Of a DNA stretch of 64,000 bases, positions 41,285 through 51,689 are shown piece after piece. Position numbers and translations under genes: made by a program. Under the pieces are notes generated by a model, which worked only from the letters and a program-made list of their open reading frames with translations, was not told the origin of the DNA and did not search any database. The stretch covers positions 513,812-577,811 of the forward strand of contig CAVZPE010000004.1 of NCBI GenBank assembly GCA_963776915.1, read 5' to 3'. Position 1 is the stretch's first letter. The number at the start of each line of letters is the position of its first letter. Source of the stretch: an uncultured Acidobacteriota bacterium (GTDB taxonomy: Bacteria; Acidobacteriota; Thermoanaerobaculia; UBA5066).

Positions 41285-42193
41285 TCAGATCAGCTCGAGC
41301 GGGATCGGGGCGAAGCAGACGACGAAGATGAGGAGCACCGCGGCGGCGACGAGCTTGCGGCGGAAGTCGAGCGGCGCGTCCTCGTCGAGGACGGGAGGGT
41401 GCCGGAGCCCCGTGAAGAGCGTGAACGCGACCCAGATCCACCAGCCCGGCCAGTGCAGGCCCATGAACGCGAGGACGATCAGGAGCGGGATCGCGATCGT
41501 CCGCTGCCAGCGGCCGAACACCGCGTAGATCGCGTGCCCGCCGTCGAGCTGCCCGAGCGGAAGGAGGTTCAGGGCGGTGACGAACAGGCCGAACCAGGCC
41601 GCGATGAAGACCGGGTGCTCGATCGCGTCGGCGCTCGTGAACGTCGTCCCGAGGACGAGCTTCTGGAAGAGCGTCACGAGGATCGGGTAGCGGAACAGGA
41701 TCGTGCCCTCCGACAGGACGGGGGAGGGGTTCGGGCGCGTGTGCGCGATTCCCCACGCGAGGAGCGGCAGCGCGACGACGAACCCGGCGATCGGGCCCGC
41801 GACGCCGACGTCGAAGAGCTGGGCCTTGTTGCGGATCGGCTCGCGGATCCGGATGAACGCGCCCATCGTGCCGACGAGCGACGGGAACGGGATGAAGTAC
41901 GGCGGCGACGCGTCGATGCCGTACCGGCGGCACATGAGGTAGTGCCCCATCTCGTGCGAGAGCAGGATCAGGAGGAGCGGAACCGAGAACGTGATCGCCC
42001 CGCGGAACAGGGCGCCGAGCGTCGCGGCCGTGTCGCCGCCCGGCGCGAGGAGGCTGGGCCGGAAGTTGACCGCGAAGTTCGCCCCGACGTACGTCGTCGT
42101 CCCGAAGGTGAGGACGAAGAGGAGGACGTGCAGCCACCACCGCTCGCGGCGCCGCGGCGCGGGTGCCGCCGCCCCGGACGGACCGACGGGCAC
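41285..42193 (-). CDS. Site-2 protease family (M50) membrane metalloprotease
   Basis: This is an intact 302-aa ORF. It carries the HEMGH motif, the NLLPLGQLDGGH motif and several TM segments. Confidence 0.85.
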   Translation of the reverse strand: MPVGPSGAAAPAPRRRERWWLHVLLFVLTFGTTTYVGANFAVNFRPSLLAPGGDTAATLGALFRGAITFSVPLLLILLSHEMGHYLMCRRYGIDASPPYFIPFPSLVGTMGAFIRIREPIRNKAQLFDVGVAGPIAGFVVALPLLAWGIAHTRPNPSPVLSEGTILFRYPILVTLFQKLVLGTTFTSADAIEHPVFIAAWFGLFVTALNLLPLGQLDGGHAIYAVFGRWQRTIAIPLLIVLAFMGLHWPGWWIWVAFTLFTGLRHPPVLDEDAPLDFRRKLVAAAVLLIFVVCFAPIPLELI

Positions 42194-42194
42194 T

Positions 42195-42530
42195 TCAGGA
42201 GCGGGCGGCGGGAGCGGGGGAGTCGTGGCTCGGCTCCTTCGATTCCGGTTCTGCGGGCCCGGTCATGTCGCGGAGCTCCTTGCCGGGCTTGAAGCGGATC
42301 GTGAAGCCGGGCGGGATCTGGACTTCCTCGGTCGGGCGCTTGGGGTTGCGGCCGATGCCGCGCTTGCGGGGCTTGACGAGGAACACGCCGAAGCCCCGGA
42401 GCTCGATGCGCTCGCCGCGCGTGAGGGCCTGGCGCATGACGTCGATGATCGTCTCGACGGCCAGCGTGGCCTTCTGCCGCGGCACGTCGGCCGCCTCGGC
42501 GACGCCGTTGATGATGTCGTTCTTGATCAC
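42195..42530 (-). CDS. HU/IHF-family DNA-binding protein (IHF-like)
   Basis: This is an intact 111-aa [47 protein letters not shown] is the HU/IHF beta-arm signature. Confidence 0.8.
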   Translation of the reverse strand: MIKNDIINGVAEAADVPRQKATLAVETIIDVMRQALTRGERIELRGFGVFLVKPRKRGIGRNPKRPTEEVQIPPGFTIRFKPGKELRDMTGPAEPESKEPSHDSPAPAARS

Positions 42531-42589
42531 GTGTCCGCGGAGTCTACCCGGTCCCGCCCATCTCGTTCAAATCGAGCCCGTTAGCACCG

Positions 42590-43840
42590 TCAGAGGTGGT
42601 TCAGGCGGTTCTTGAGAAGGACGATTTCGAGCCCCGTCGCGGCCATCGAGGCCAGCCGCTTGAGGGCGGGCACCGACGGGGCCTTGGCGCCCTCGGCGGC
42701 CTCGCCGTAGAGGTACACGACCGTCTTCCCCTTGAGGTTGACCGGGACCACGGCCACGAGGCCGAGGCCGTCCGAGCCGAGGGCCTCGAGCGCCGCGGCC
42801 GTACCGGGCAGGTCGGGCTGCGGTCCGACGTAGAAGCCTTCGGTGTTGCGGAGCGTCGCGAAGACGGACGGCTCGGTGTCGGGCAGGCGGAAGCGGCCGA
42901 AGCTCTCGTGCGGCGCGGGCTTCGCGGCCCATCCGGAAACGTGGGCCGGCTGCGCGATGAAGAGCGCCGCACGCTTCACGTGCCGGAGCGCGTCGTCGAG
43001 GATCGCGTCGGCGACGTCGTCGCGATGGCGCGCGGCCGAGAGCCGCGACAGGAGGCGTTCCTCAGCCGCGGCCTCAGGGGTGGGCTCGGGGCGCTCCGGA
43101 AACTCCATGGACTCGGGCTGCGGGTCCAGGACCTCGAGCGGGTCCTCGAAGATCTCGGGCTCCGCCCGGCGGCGCAGCGCGGACGCCGCGAGGGTCGCCC
43201 CCTCGGCCTGCCACGGGTCGCCCTCGTCCATGCGCCGGAAGCGCTGCGGATAGGGCGAGAGGATCTCGGGCGGCGGAGGCGGCGCCGGCACGACCCGGAG
43301 GTCGGGCTTGCTCTTCGCGCGCCCGATCTTCGGCTGCGTCGGCTCGTCCGTGTCGTCCTTCTTCCGGGACCCCACCTCGCGCAGGTACGCGGCGGCCGAC
43401 AGGTAGCGCGGCTCGACGTCGGCCGCGTAGAAGCGGTAGAGGAGCGCGTAGATCCGGACCTCGAGGGCCGCGTGGGGCGCGATCCGGAAGCCGGTCAGCG
43501 CGGCGAGCTCGTCGAGGGCGGGGAGGTCCTTGGGGTCGCGCATCGCGACGGAAAGCACGCGCCCTTCCTTGCGAAACGGCACGGCGTGCAGGCGCTGGGC
43601 GACGCGCCCGGGGACGAGCCTCAGGACGTCCGAGCGGATCGACTCGAGGGACTCGGGAACGGCCGGAGGCACGCGGCTCTGCACGGCGAGGCCGTGCGCG
43701 ACGACGTCCTCCGAGGTCTCCTCCTCGAGGAGCGCCGTGCCGAAGCGCCCGCGCAGCCGGCCCTGCCGGAGGACGGCGCGCTGCCGCTGCTCTTCGGTGA
43801 TGAGCTTGCTCTCGACGAGGAGGTCCCCGAGACGCGGCAT
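42590..43840 (-). CDS. GspE/MshE N-terminal (T2SSE_N) domain protein
   Basis: A 416-aa protein starts at the internal ATG 43840 of ORF 42590-44353. [46 protein letters not shown] fits the T2SSE_N pattern. The C-terminal half is unassigned. Confidence 0.55.
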   Translation of the reverse strand: MPRLGDLLVESKLITEEQRQRAVLRQGRLRGRFGTALLEEETSEDVVAHGLAVQSRVPPAVPESLESIRSDVLRLVPGRVAQRLHAVPFRKEGRVLSVAMRDPKDLPALDELAALTGFRIAPHAALEVRIYALLYRFYAADVEPRYLSAAAYLREVGSRKKDDTDEPTQPKIGRAKSKPDLRVVPAPPPPPEILSPYPQRFRRMDEGDPWQAEGATLAASALRRRAEPEIFEDPLEVLDPQPESMEFPERPEPTPEAAAEERLLSRLSAARHRDDVADAILDDALRHVKRAALFIAQPAHVSGWAAKPAPHESFGRFRLPDTEPSVFATLRNTEGFYVGPQPDLPGTAAALEALGSDGLGLVAVVPVNLKGKTVVYLYGEAAEGAKAPSVPALKRLASMAATGLEIVLLKNRLNHL

Positions 43841-43894
43841 GCGAATGTTTCTCGACGAAAGTTTACACCGCCGAGGACGCGTAGAATCGCCGCC

Positions 43895-44308
43895 ATGAGC
43901 GAGCGTCCCATCCGCGTTCTCGTCGCGAAGCCCGGTCTCGACGGGCACGACCGCGGCGCCAAGGTCATCGCCCGGGCGTTGCGCGACGCGGGGATGGAAG
44001 TCATCTACTCGGGCCTGCGCCAGACGCCGCAGCAGATCGCCGCGGCCGCCGTCCAGGAGGACGTCGACGTCGTCGGGCTCTCGATCCTGTCCGGCGCGCA
44101 CAACGTCCTCGTGCCGGAGGTCCTCGCGGCGCTCGAGGAGCGCGGCGGCGAGGGCATCGCGGTCGTCGTGGGCGGGATCATCCCCGAGAAGGACATCGCG
44201 CCGCTCAAGTCGAAGGGCGTGCGGGAGGTCTTCCTGCCGGGGACGAGCACGTCGGCCACCGTCGACGCGATCCGCCGCCTCGTGGCGGAACGGGCCGCGG
44301 CGTCCTGA
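43895..44308 (+). CDS. Cobalamin (B12)-binding domain protein (acyl-CoA mutase small-subunit type)
   Basis: The protein starts at the internal ATG of ORF 42596 ([38 protein letters not shown]). It has the DxHxxG B12-binding motif and the GG..P motif. Confidence 0.8.
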   Translation: MSERPIRVLVAKPGLDGHDRGAKVIARALRDAGMEVIYSGLRQTPQQIAAAAVQEDVDVVGLSILSGAHNVLVPEVLAALEERGGEGIAVVVGGIIPEKDIAPLKSKGVREVFLPGTSTSATVDAIRRLVAERAAAS

Positions 44309-44360
44309 TCGCCTCCGCGCGCCTCCCGGGCCGGGCGCGCCGGGCCCGTACAATCCGTCC

Positions 44361-45974
44361 GTGAGCGAGACCCTCGTCTCGAAGCTCTCGCCGTCGGACG
44401 GCGAGTTCCAGGAGAACGCCGCCCATCACCGGGCCCTGGCGGCGCGCCTGAAGGAAGAGCTCGCGAAGGCGCGCGAGGGCGGAGGCGAGAAGGAGCGGCA
44501 GAGGCACGTCTCGCGCGGCAAGCTCCCCGTGCGCGAGCGGATCGAGCGGCTCCTCGACCCCGACACGGCGTTCCTCGAGATCGCGCCGCTCGCGGGCCAC
44601 GGGCTGTACGACGGCGCCGCCCCGGGCGCGGGCCTCGTGACGGGCATCGGCAGGGTCGAGGGCCGCGCGGTGATGATCGTCGCGAACGACGCCACCGTGA
44701 AGGGCGGCACGTATTACCCCGTGACGGTCAAGAAGCACCTCCGCGCGCAGGAGATCGCCCTCGAGAACCGCCTTCCGGCGATCTACCTCGTGGACTCGGG
44801 CGGCGCGTTCCTCCCGCTGCAGGCCGAGGTCTTCCCGGACCGCGATCACTTCGGGCGCATCTTCTACAACCAGGCGCGCATGAGCGCCGCCGGCCTGCCG
44901 CAGATCGCGGCCGTGCTCGGCTCGTGCACCGCGGGGGGCGCGTACGTTCCGGCGATGTCGGACGAGACCGTCATCGTGAAGAACCAGGGGACGATCTTCC
45001 TCGCGGGGCCGCCGCTCGTGAAGGCCGCGACCGGAGAGGACGTGACCGCCGAGGAGCTCGGAGGCGGCGACGTCCACACGCGCCTGTCGGGCGTCGCGGA
45101 CCACCTCGCGGACGACGACGCGGACGCGCTCGAGAAGGTGCGCGGCATCGTCGCCCACCTCGCCGCGCCGCCCCCGCCGCCTCCCGCCCGCATCGCGCCC
45201 GAGGAGCCGCGCTACCCGGCGGAGGAGATCTACGGGGTCGTCCCCAAGGAGACGCGGCGGCCCTACGACGTGCGCGAGATCCTCGCGCGCGTCCTCGACG
45301 GGTCGCGGTTCCACGAGTTCAAGCCGCGTTACGGCGCCACGCTCGTGACGGGTTTCGGCCACGTCTCCGGCTATCCGGTCGCGATCCTCGCGAACAACGG
45401 CGTCCTCTTCTCGGAGTCCGCCCTCAAGGCGACGCACCTCGTCGAGATGGCCTGCCAGCGCGGCGTCCCGCTCGTCTTCCTCCAGAACATCACGGGCTTC
45501 ATGGTCGGCCGCGCGTACGAGCAGGGCGGGATCGCGAAGGACGGCGCGAAGATGGTCCATGCCGTCGCGAACGCCGCGGTGCCGAAGATCACGCTCCTCG
45601 TCGGAGGCTCCTTCGGCGCCGGGAACTACGGAATGTGCGGACGCGCCTACCAGCCGCGCTTCCTCTTCACGTGGCCGAACGCCCGCATCAGCGTCATGGG
45701 GGGCGAGCAGGCCGCCGACGTCCTCGCGACCGTCAAGGACGACCAGCGCGTCCGCGAAGGGGGTCCGCGGATGACCGACGCCGAGCGCGCCGCGTTCCGC
45801 CGGCCGACGCTCGAGAAGTACGAGGCCGAGGGGAACCCCTACTACGCGACCGCCCGGCTGTGGGACGACGGGATCGTCGACCCGGCAGAGACGCGGCGCG
45901 TCCTCGCGCTCGCCCTCGCGACCGCGTTCCGCGCGCCGGGCGGGGAGACGCGGTTCGGCGTCTTCCGGATGTAG
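44361..45974 (+). CDS. mccB: Methylcrotonyl-CoA carboxylase, carboxyltransferase (beta) subunit
   Basis: This is an intact 537-aa ORF of the carboxyl-transferase family ([45 protein letters not shown]). It lies in liu-type context with a hydratase, a biotin carboxylase and an HMG-CoA lyase. Confidence 0.85.
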   Translation: MSETLVSKLSPSDGEFQENAAHHRALAARLKEELAKAREGGGEKERQRHVSRGKLPVRERIERLLDPDTAFLEIAPLAGHGLYDGAAPGAGLVTGIGRVEGRAVMIVANDATVKGGTYYPVTVKKHLRAQEIALENRLPAIYLVDSGGAFLPLQAEVFPDRDHFGRIFYNQARMSAAGLPQIAAVLGSCTAGGAYVPAMSDETVIVKNQGTIFLAGPPLVKAATGEDVTAEELGGGDVHTRLSGVADHLADDDADALEKVRGIVAHLAAPPPPPPARIAPEEPRYPAEEIYGVVPKETRRPYDVREILARVLDGSRFHEFKPRYGATLVTGFGHVSGYPVAILANNGVLFSESALKATHLVEMACQRGVPLVFLQNITGFMVGRAYEQGGIAKDGAKMVHAVANAAVPKITLLVGGSFGAGNYGMCGRAYQPRFLFTWPNARISVMGGEQAADVLATVKDDQRVREGGPRMTDAERAAFRRPTLEKYEAEGNPYYATARLWDDGIVDPAETRRVLALALATAFRAPGGETRFGVFRM

Positions 45975-45978
45975 ACCG

Positions 45979-46817
45979 ATGAAACGCGCTCTCCTCGCCT
46001 CCGCGCTCCTCCTCGCCGCCTCCCGCCTCCGCGCAGACGCGCGTGACGTGCGGCACGGTCGACGCGCTCGAGGTGACGTCCCTGACGCGGACGAGGGTCA
46101 CCGCCTTTCTCCGGACGAAACTTCCGGACGCGCCCGCCGGCGCGAAGAGTTTCTTCGAAGGGAAGATCGAGCTGGCGAACACGATCCTGCCGGTCGGGCA
46201 GCCGGTGACGTTGCTCGTGCAGCACGTTGCGGAGGGCCACGAGGCCGTCTTCCTCGTCGATCTCGAGCTGTCCCGGGTTCCCGCCGAGCTCGTCGCACGA
46301 CTCCATTCCGCCGCGCTCGATTTCACGCTCGAAGGAAATCTCCGGACCTCCGCCGGCGCGACGCCGCACCCCGTGTGCGCCGCCGGCGTCCTGCGCGTCG
46401 GGACGAACGACATCCGGGCGGTGGGCCCCGTCGGCCAGGACTTCGCGAGGTTCTCCGGCGTGCGCTTCGCGCGGAATCTCCCTCGCCGAGACGCAGGGCG
46501 AGGCGTCCGTGGTCATCTACAACCCGCTGTCCTTCGCGCTCGACGTCAAGGACCTCGTGTACGAGATCCGCGCCGGCGACCGCAGGGTGGCGTCCGGCGA
46601 GCGCCACGGGATCCGGATCTACCCCGGCCGCGAGACTTCCGTCGACCTCCCGGTCGTCGCGGGCAATGCCGACCTCGCCGCCGCCCTCGCGGGCGCCGCC
46701 CTTTCGGGCGGGCGCGTCGAGGGACGGCTCGTCGCGACGATCTCCGTGAAGGTCGGAAAGGACCAGGTCATGACCGTTCCGCTCAACCTCCCCGGGGCGA
46801 TCCAGGTGGTGCCGTGA
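45979..46817 (+). pseudogene. LEA_2 / WHy-like lipoprotein, two frame changes (about 46040 and about 46480)
   Basis: The pieces are MKRALLASALLLAAS.. (ORF 45979), TCGTVDALEVTSLTRTRVTAFLRTKL.. (ORF 46043) and ETQGEASVVIYNPLSFALDVKDLVYEIRAGDRRVASG..MTVPLNL (ORF 46227). The family call is by eye. Confidence 0.45.
46144..46343. repeat. Inverted core pair inside the LEA_2 gene
   Basis: GAAGAGTTTCTTCGAAGGGAAG lies at 46144 (coding KSFFEGK). GCTCGAAGGAAATCTCC lies at 46327 (coding LEGNL). Both are AT-rich patches in GC-rich coding sequence, in forward-then-reverse orientation. Confidence 0.5.
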
Positions 46818-47614
46818 GCGCCCCGAAGATCCTGCTCGAGAAGTCGCCCTCCGACCCGCGCGTCGCGCGCCTCGTCCTCAACCGGCCCGAGACCCGCAAC
46901 GCCTGGGACGGCGAGACCGTCTCGCTGCTGCAGCGCGCGCTCCGCGACCTCGCCTCGGACGAGTCCGTGCGCGTCGTCGAGCTCTCGGGCGAGGGGCCGG
47001 CCTTCTGCGCGGGCGCCGATCTCGACTGGATGAAGCGTGTCGCGAATTTCACGATGGAGGAGAACCGGCGCGACTCGGCGGAGCTCGCGCAGCTCTTCCG
47101 GGCGCTCGACGAGCTCGACAAGCCCGTCGTCGCGCGCGTGCAGGGCGCCGCGCTCGGCGGCGGGACCGGCCTCGTCGCCGCGTGCGACGTCGTCGTCGCG
47201 GCCGAGGGCGCGGTCTTCGGGACGACGGAGGTGCGCCTCGGGATCATCCCGGCCGTGATCTCGCCCTACGTGGTCCGCAAGATCGGCGCGTCGCACGCGC
47301 GCGCGTGGTTCCTGACGGGCGAGCGGGTCGGAGCCGAGGAGGCGCGCCGCGTCGGCCTCGTCCACCACGTCGTCCCGGAGCAGGATCTCGGCAAGGCCAC
47401 GAAGGCCGTGATCGACGCGATCCTCCTGGGCGGGCCCGCGGCCGTGGTCGAGGCCAAGCGCCTCGTCCACACGGTGTCGACCCTGCCCCTGCGCGAGGCG
47501 ACCGCCTGGGCCGTCCAGCGGATGGCGGAGCGGCGCGGCTCGCACGAGGGCCTCGAAGGCCTGAAGGCCTTTCTCGAGAAGCGGCCCGCGAGCTGGACGA
47601 CGAAGGGCTCGTGA
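46814..47614 (+). CDS. liuC: Enoyl-CoA hydratase (methylglutaconyl-CoA hydratase-like)
   Basis: The GTG at 46814 overlaps the upstream stop (GTGA). The crotonase motifs are FCAGADL and GAALGGGTGLVAACD. Confidence 0.8.
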   Translation: MSAPKILLEKSPSDPRVARLVLNRPETRNAWDGETVSLLQRALRDLASDESVRVVELSGEGPAFCAGADLDWMKRVANFTMEENRRDSAELAQLFRALDELDKPVVARVQGAALGGGTGLVAACDVVVAAEGAVFGTTEVRLGIIPAVISPYVVRKIGASHARAWFLTGERVGAEEARRVGLVHHVVPEQDLGKATKAVIDAILLGGPAAVVEAKRLVHTVSTLPLREATAWAVQRMAERRGSHEGLEGLKAFLEKRPASWTTKGS

Positions 47615-49600
47615 CGCGCGGGCGGCCCTTCCGGCGCGTCCTCGTCGCGAACCGCGGCGAGATCGCAGTGCGCGTCGTCCGCGGCTGCCGCGCGGCGGGC
47701 CTCGCGTCGGTGGCCGTGTACTCCGAGGCGGACCGGAACGCGCGCCACGCCGCGCTCGCCGACGACGCCGTCGAGATCGGCCCGGCGCCGGCCCGGGAGA
47801 GCTACCTCTCGATCCCGAGGCTCCTCGCGGCGGCGAAGAGCGACGGGCTGCGACGCCGTGCATCCCGGCTACGGCTTCCTGTCGGAGAACGCGGACTTCG
47901 CGCGCGCGGTCGAGGAGGCGGGGCTCGTCTGGATCGGCCCTCCGCCCGAGGCGATGGAAGCGATGGGGAGCGAAGATCGCATCGCGAGAGAACGGATGAG
48001 AGCGGCCGGCGTCCCCGTCGTGCCCGGCGCGCTCATCGCCGGGTTCGAAGAGGACGAAGAGAGAGAGAAGATTTCTTCGAATGGTAAAGAGGGCGGGGCG
48101 CGCGGTGGCGCCGCTCGGCGCGCGGCGGGGCAGCCCGCAACCTCTGGCACCTTCAAAGAAATCTCTTCTTCTTCTTCCTCTTCCTTCAAAGAAATTCTCT
48201 CTCTGGGTCTTCCCGTCGTCGTCAAGGCTTCGGCGGGAGGCGGCGGCAAGGGGATGAGGGTCGTCCGCTCGTCTGCGGAACTCTCCGAAGCCATTTCTTC
48301 CTGCCGCCGCGAGGCGGCGGCGGCGTTCGGGGACGCGACCGTTTACGTCGAGAAGTACCTCGAGAATCCGCGCCACGTGGAGGTCCAGGTCTTCGGCGAC
48401 TGGCACGGCAACGTCGTCGCGATCGGCGAGCGCGAGTGCTCGCTCCAGAGGCGTCACCAGAAGGTCGTCGAGGAGTGCCCGTCTCCGGCCGTGACGCCGG
48501 AGCTGCGCGCGCGCCTCCTGAAGGCCGCCGTCGACGCCGCGAAGGCGGTCGGCTACGTGAACGCCGGGACGGTGGAGTTCCTCCTCGCGCCCTCGGGCGA
48601 GTTCCATTTCCTCGAGATGAACACGCGCCTGCAGGTCGAGCACCCGGTCACCGAGGAGGCTTTCGGCGTGGACCTCGTCCTCCTCCAGCTCGCCGTCGCG
48701 GCGGGGGAGAAGCTGCCGCCTCTCCCGTCCGTCCCGATCCGCCATGCGATCGAGGCGCGGGTCTACGCGGAGGATCCCGAGGCGGGGTTCCTGCCTCAGG
48801 CGGGGCGCGTCCTCCTCTATCGCGAGCCCTCGGGACCCGGCGTGCGGGTGGAGTCCGGCCTGGCCGAGGGCCAGGACGTCGGCGTCCACTACGACCCGCT
48901 GCTCGCGAAGGTCGTCGCCTCCGGCGCGACGCGCGACGAGGCCCGGCGGCGCCTCGTCGGCGCTCTCGGGGAGACGGTGATCCTCGGCGTCTCGACGAAC
49001 GTCTCGTGGCTGCGCCGGCTCCTCGAGACGCCCGAGGTCGCAGCGGGGGCGATCCACACGGGCCTCCTCGAGACTCTCCCCGTGCCCGCGCCTCCGGCGC
49101 CGCCCGACGAGGCGTTCGCGGCGGCCGCGGCGGCGCTCGTCCGGAGCGGCGCCCTCCGGTCCCGGCGGTCCCGTCCTCGCCGACCCATTCGACGGCCGGT
49201 TCCGGACCGGAGGCGGCGCGTGAGGCTCCGCGAGGCGGCGACGGGGGCGTCGCGCGAGGTCCGTCCCGGCGGGATGCCGCGCGGAGCCTTCGCCGCGCGG
49301 GACGGCGAGGTCGCGTGGGTCTTCCTCGGCGGCGAGACGTGGCGCATCTCGAAGGCGCCGGCCCGGGCCGCCCGCGCGGCGGAGGAGGAGCACGCCCTCA
49401 CCGCTCCGATGCCGGGCAGGGTCTCGGCCGTGCGCGTGTCCGACGGGCAGGCCGTGGAGAAGGGCGAGGTCCTCGTCGTGCTCGAGGCCATGAAGATGGA
49501 GCACGCCGTGAGGGCCCCGCGAGCCGGAATCGTCGCGCGACTCGCCGCCGAGCCCGGGAAGATGGTGGGGCTCGGGGACGTTCTCCTCGACGTCACATGA
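47611..49600 (+). pseudogene. mccA: Methylcrotonyl-CoA carboxylase alpha subunit (biotin carboxylase + BCCP), about 3 frame changes plus an in-frame repeat insertion
   Basis: The GTG at 47611 forms a GTGA overlap. It carries FRRVLVANRGEIAVRV (ORF 47182), HPGYGFLSEN..KASAGGGGKGMRVV..EMNTRLQVEHPVTE and the biotinyl site EAMKME (ORF 47858). The frame changes lie near 47850, 49145 and 49215. Confidence 0.85.
48044..48203. repeat. Palindromic repeat, copy E, in-frame inside mccA
   Basis: The left arm is GAAGAGGACGAAGAGAGAGAGAAGATTTCTTCGAATGGT. A GC-rich loop follows. The right arm is CACCTTCAAAGAAATCTCTTCTTCTTCTTCCTCTTCC, and CCTTCAAAGAAAT is duplicated. The translation is EEDEEREKISSNGKEGGARGGAARRAAGQPATSGTFKEISSSSSSSFKEILS. 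Confidence 0.85.
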
Positions 49601-50516
49601 GCGCGGGCTTCGTCACCGTCGTCGAGGTGGGACCGCGGGACGGTCTCCAGAACGAGGCCGCGGTCGTCCCGGCGGACGTGAAGGTCGCGTTCGTGGACGC
49701 GCTCTCGGCCTCGGGCCTCTCCGTGATCGAGGCGACGGCGTTCGTCTCGCCCCGGTCGATCCCGCAGCTCGCGGACGGCGAGGACGTCTTCCGGCGCATC
49801 GCGAAGCGGCCCGGCGTCCGCTATCCGGTCCTCGTCCCGAACGAGAAGGGTCTCGACCGCGCCGAGGCCGCGGGCGTGCGCGAGATCGCGGTCTTCACGG
49901 CGGCCTCCGAGACGTTCAACCGCCGGAACGTGAACGCCTCGATCGAGGAGTCCTTCGCCCGCTTCGCGCCGGTCCTCGCCCGGGCGGCGGCGGGGGGGAT
50001 GCGCGTGCGCGGTTACGTCTCGTGCGCGTTCGGCTGCCCGTACGAGGGTCCGGTCTCCCCGGAAGCCGTCGCGCGCGTGGCGGCGCGCCTGTTCCGGATC
50101 GGCTGCGCCGAGGTCTCCGTCGGCGACACGATCGGGATCGGCGTCCCGACGCAGGTTCCGGACGTCGTCGGGCGGACCGTGGAGGCGGGCGTTCCCCGTC
50201 GACCGCCTCGCGCTCCACTTCCACGACACGCGGGGGACCGCTCTCGCGAACGTCGTCGAGGGCCTGCGCGAGGGCGTCCGGATCTTCGACTCGTCCGCGG
50301 GCGGGCTGGGCGGGTGCCCGTACGCGCCCGGCGCGGCGGGAAACGTCGCGACCGAGGACCTGCTGTGGCTCCTCCAGCGGATGGGGTACGAGACCGGCGT
50401 CGACCTCGAGGCCGTCGCGGAGGCGTCGCGGGCCCTCGCCCGCGTCGACCGGGAGGCGTCCCGTCTCGCGCGTGTTCCAGGCCCTCGAAGCGGCAACGGC
50501 CCGGCGCCCGGTGTAA
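49597..50516 (+). pseudogene. hmgL: Hydroxymethylglutaryl-CoA lyase, two frame changes (about 50205 and about 50445)
   Basis: The ATG overlaps the mccA stop (ATGA). The sequence runs VVEVGPRDGLQNE.. (inside ORF 48436), then LALHFHDTRGTALANV..GGLGGCPYAPGAAGNVATEDL (frame of ORF 50381). The tail VSRVFQALEAATARRPV* is in ORF 50022. Confidence 0.85.
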
Positions 50517-50530
50517 ACTCCTCGCCAACC

Positions 50531-51655
50531 ATGCCCTCGCGCATCCTTCTGGCGGACGACAGTCTGACCATCCGCAAGGTGGTGGAGCTGACCTTCTCGG
50601 GCAGCGAGTTCGAGCTCAAGGCGGTCGGCAACGGCGACGAAGCCGTCGCCCTCCTCGCCGACTTCGAGCCGGACATCGTCCTCGCGGACGCCGTGATGCC
50701 CGGCCGGACCGGATACGAAGTCTGCGAAGAGGTGAAGCGCCGCCCGGGCGGGCGCTTCGTGCCCGTCGTCCTCCTGACCGGCACGTTCGAGCCGTTCGAC
50801 AAGCCGCGCTCGGAGCGCGTCGGCGCGGACTCCGTCGTCACGAAGCCGTTCGATTCGCAGGGCCTCGCGGCCCTCGTCCGGGATCTCGTCCGCCGCGCGG
50901 GCGAGGCGCGGGCGTCCGCTCCCCCGGAGCCGCCCCCCGCTCCCGAGCCGCCGCCTCCTCCTCCTCCGCCCGACGCGGAGGTGGGGGAGAACACGGACCC
51001 GACGTTCTCGGGCGCCGAGCCGTTCTACACGGCGCCCCTGGCGGTGCAGGCACCGCCTCCCACACCGGCGCCGGTCGAGGACATCTTCTCGACGACCGCG
51101 ATCCCCGTCTTCTCCGGGATCGAGGCGACTCCTCCTCCTGCTCCCCGCGCGAGCGGCGAGTTCGAGCCTCCGACCGAGCCGATCTCTCCGGTTCCGCCGC
51201 CGCCCCCGCCGCTCGCGGGCGAGCGCGGGTACGAGATGAACCTCGAGGGCCTCGACGACACGCCCGAGCCCCAGCGCCGCGATCTCGACGAGGACATCGC
51301 CGCCTTCGAGCAGTCCGACCGGGGCCAGACGCGCCGGCCCGAAGCGTGGGAGACCCTCGCCGCGCCCGCGGAGAGCACGCCGTCGCCGGAGACGGCCCAC
51401 TCGGAGCTGGAGGCGCTCGCGGCCGAGGCGAGCCTCACGGACCTCAAGAGCCTGATCCCCGACTCGGCGCCGATGGCGTCTCCGGCCGGATCCTCCGCCG
51501 GGCCGCTCTCGGACGCGGACATCGACCGCATCGCGCGCCGCGTGCTCGAGCTCGGCGGAGAGCGCGTCGTGCGCCGCATCGCCTGGGACGTCGTCCCGGA
51601 GCTGGCCGAGCGCCTCGTCAGGGAGCGCCTCGAGGAGCTCGAGAAGGCCGACTGA
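50531..51655 (+). CDS. Response-regulator receiver protein with a Pro-rich linker and a conserved C-terminal domain
   Basis: The protein starts at the internal ATG of ORF 50381. ILLADDSLTIRKVV..DIVLADAVMPGRTGYEV..VTKPF is a CheY-like receiver. No DNA-binding domain is evident. Confidence 0.7.
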   Translation: MPSRILLADDSLTIRKVVELTFSGSEFELKAVGNGDEAVALLADFEPDIVLADAVMPGRTGYEVCEEVKRRPGGRFVPVVLLTGTFEPFDKPRSERVGADSVVTKPFDSQGLAALVRDLVRRAGEARASAPPEPPPAPEPPPPPPPPDAEVGENTDPTFSGAEPFYTAPLAVQAPPPTPAPVEDIFSTTAIPVFSGIEATPPPAPRASGEFEPPTEPISPVPPPPPPLAGERGYEMNLEGLDDTPEPQRRDLDEDIAAFEQSDRGQTRRPEAWETLAAPAESTPSPETAHSELEALAAEASLTDLKSLIPDSAPMASPAGSSAGPLSDADIDRIARRVLELGGERVVRRIAWDVVPELAERLVRERLEELEKAD

Positions 51656-51663
51656 CACGGGAG

Positions 51664-51682
51664 GCGCGGCCGCAGGCCGCGC
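51664..51682 (+). terminator. Hairpin after the response-regulator gene
   Basis: The stem is GCGCGGCC-GCA-GGCCGCGC (8 bp). It is followed by a T-containing tract that runs into the heptamer repeat. Confidence 0.45.
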
Positions 51683-51689
51683 TCCGGGG

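Noticed and set aside
48044-48203. The intragenic repeat copies as inteins, group I/II introns or IS elements.
   Set aside because: They are far too short (about 100-270 nt) and have no splicing, Hint or endonuclease motifs. They contain no ORF of their own, and no transposase lies nearby.
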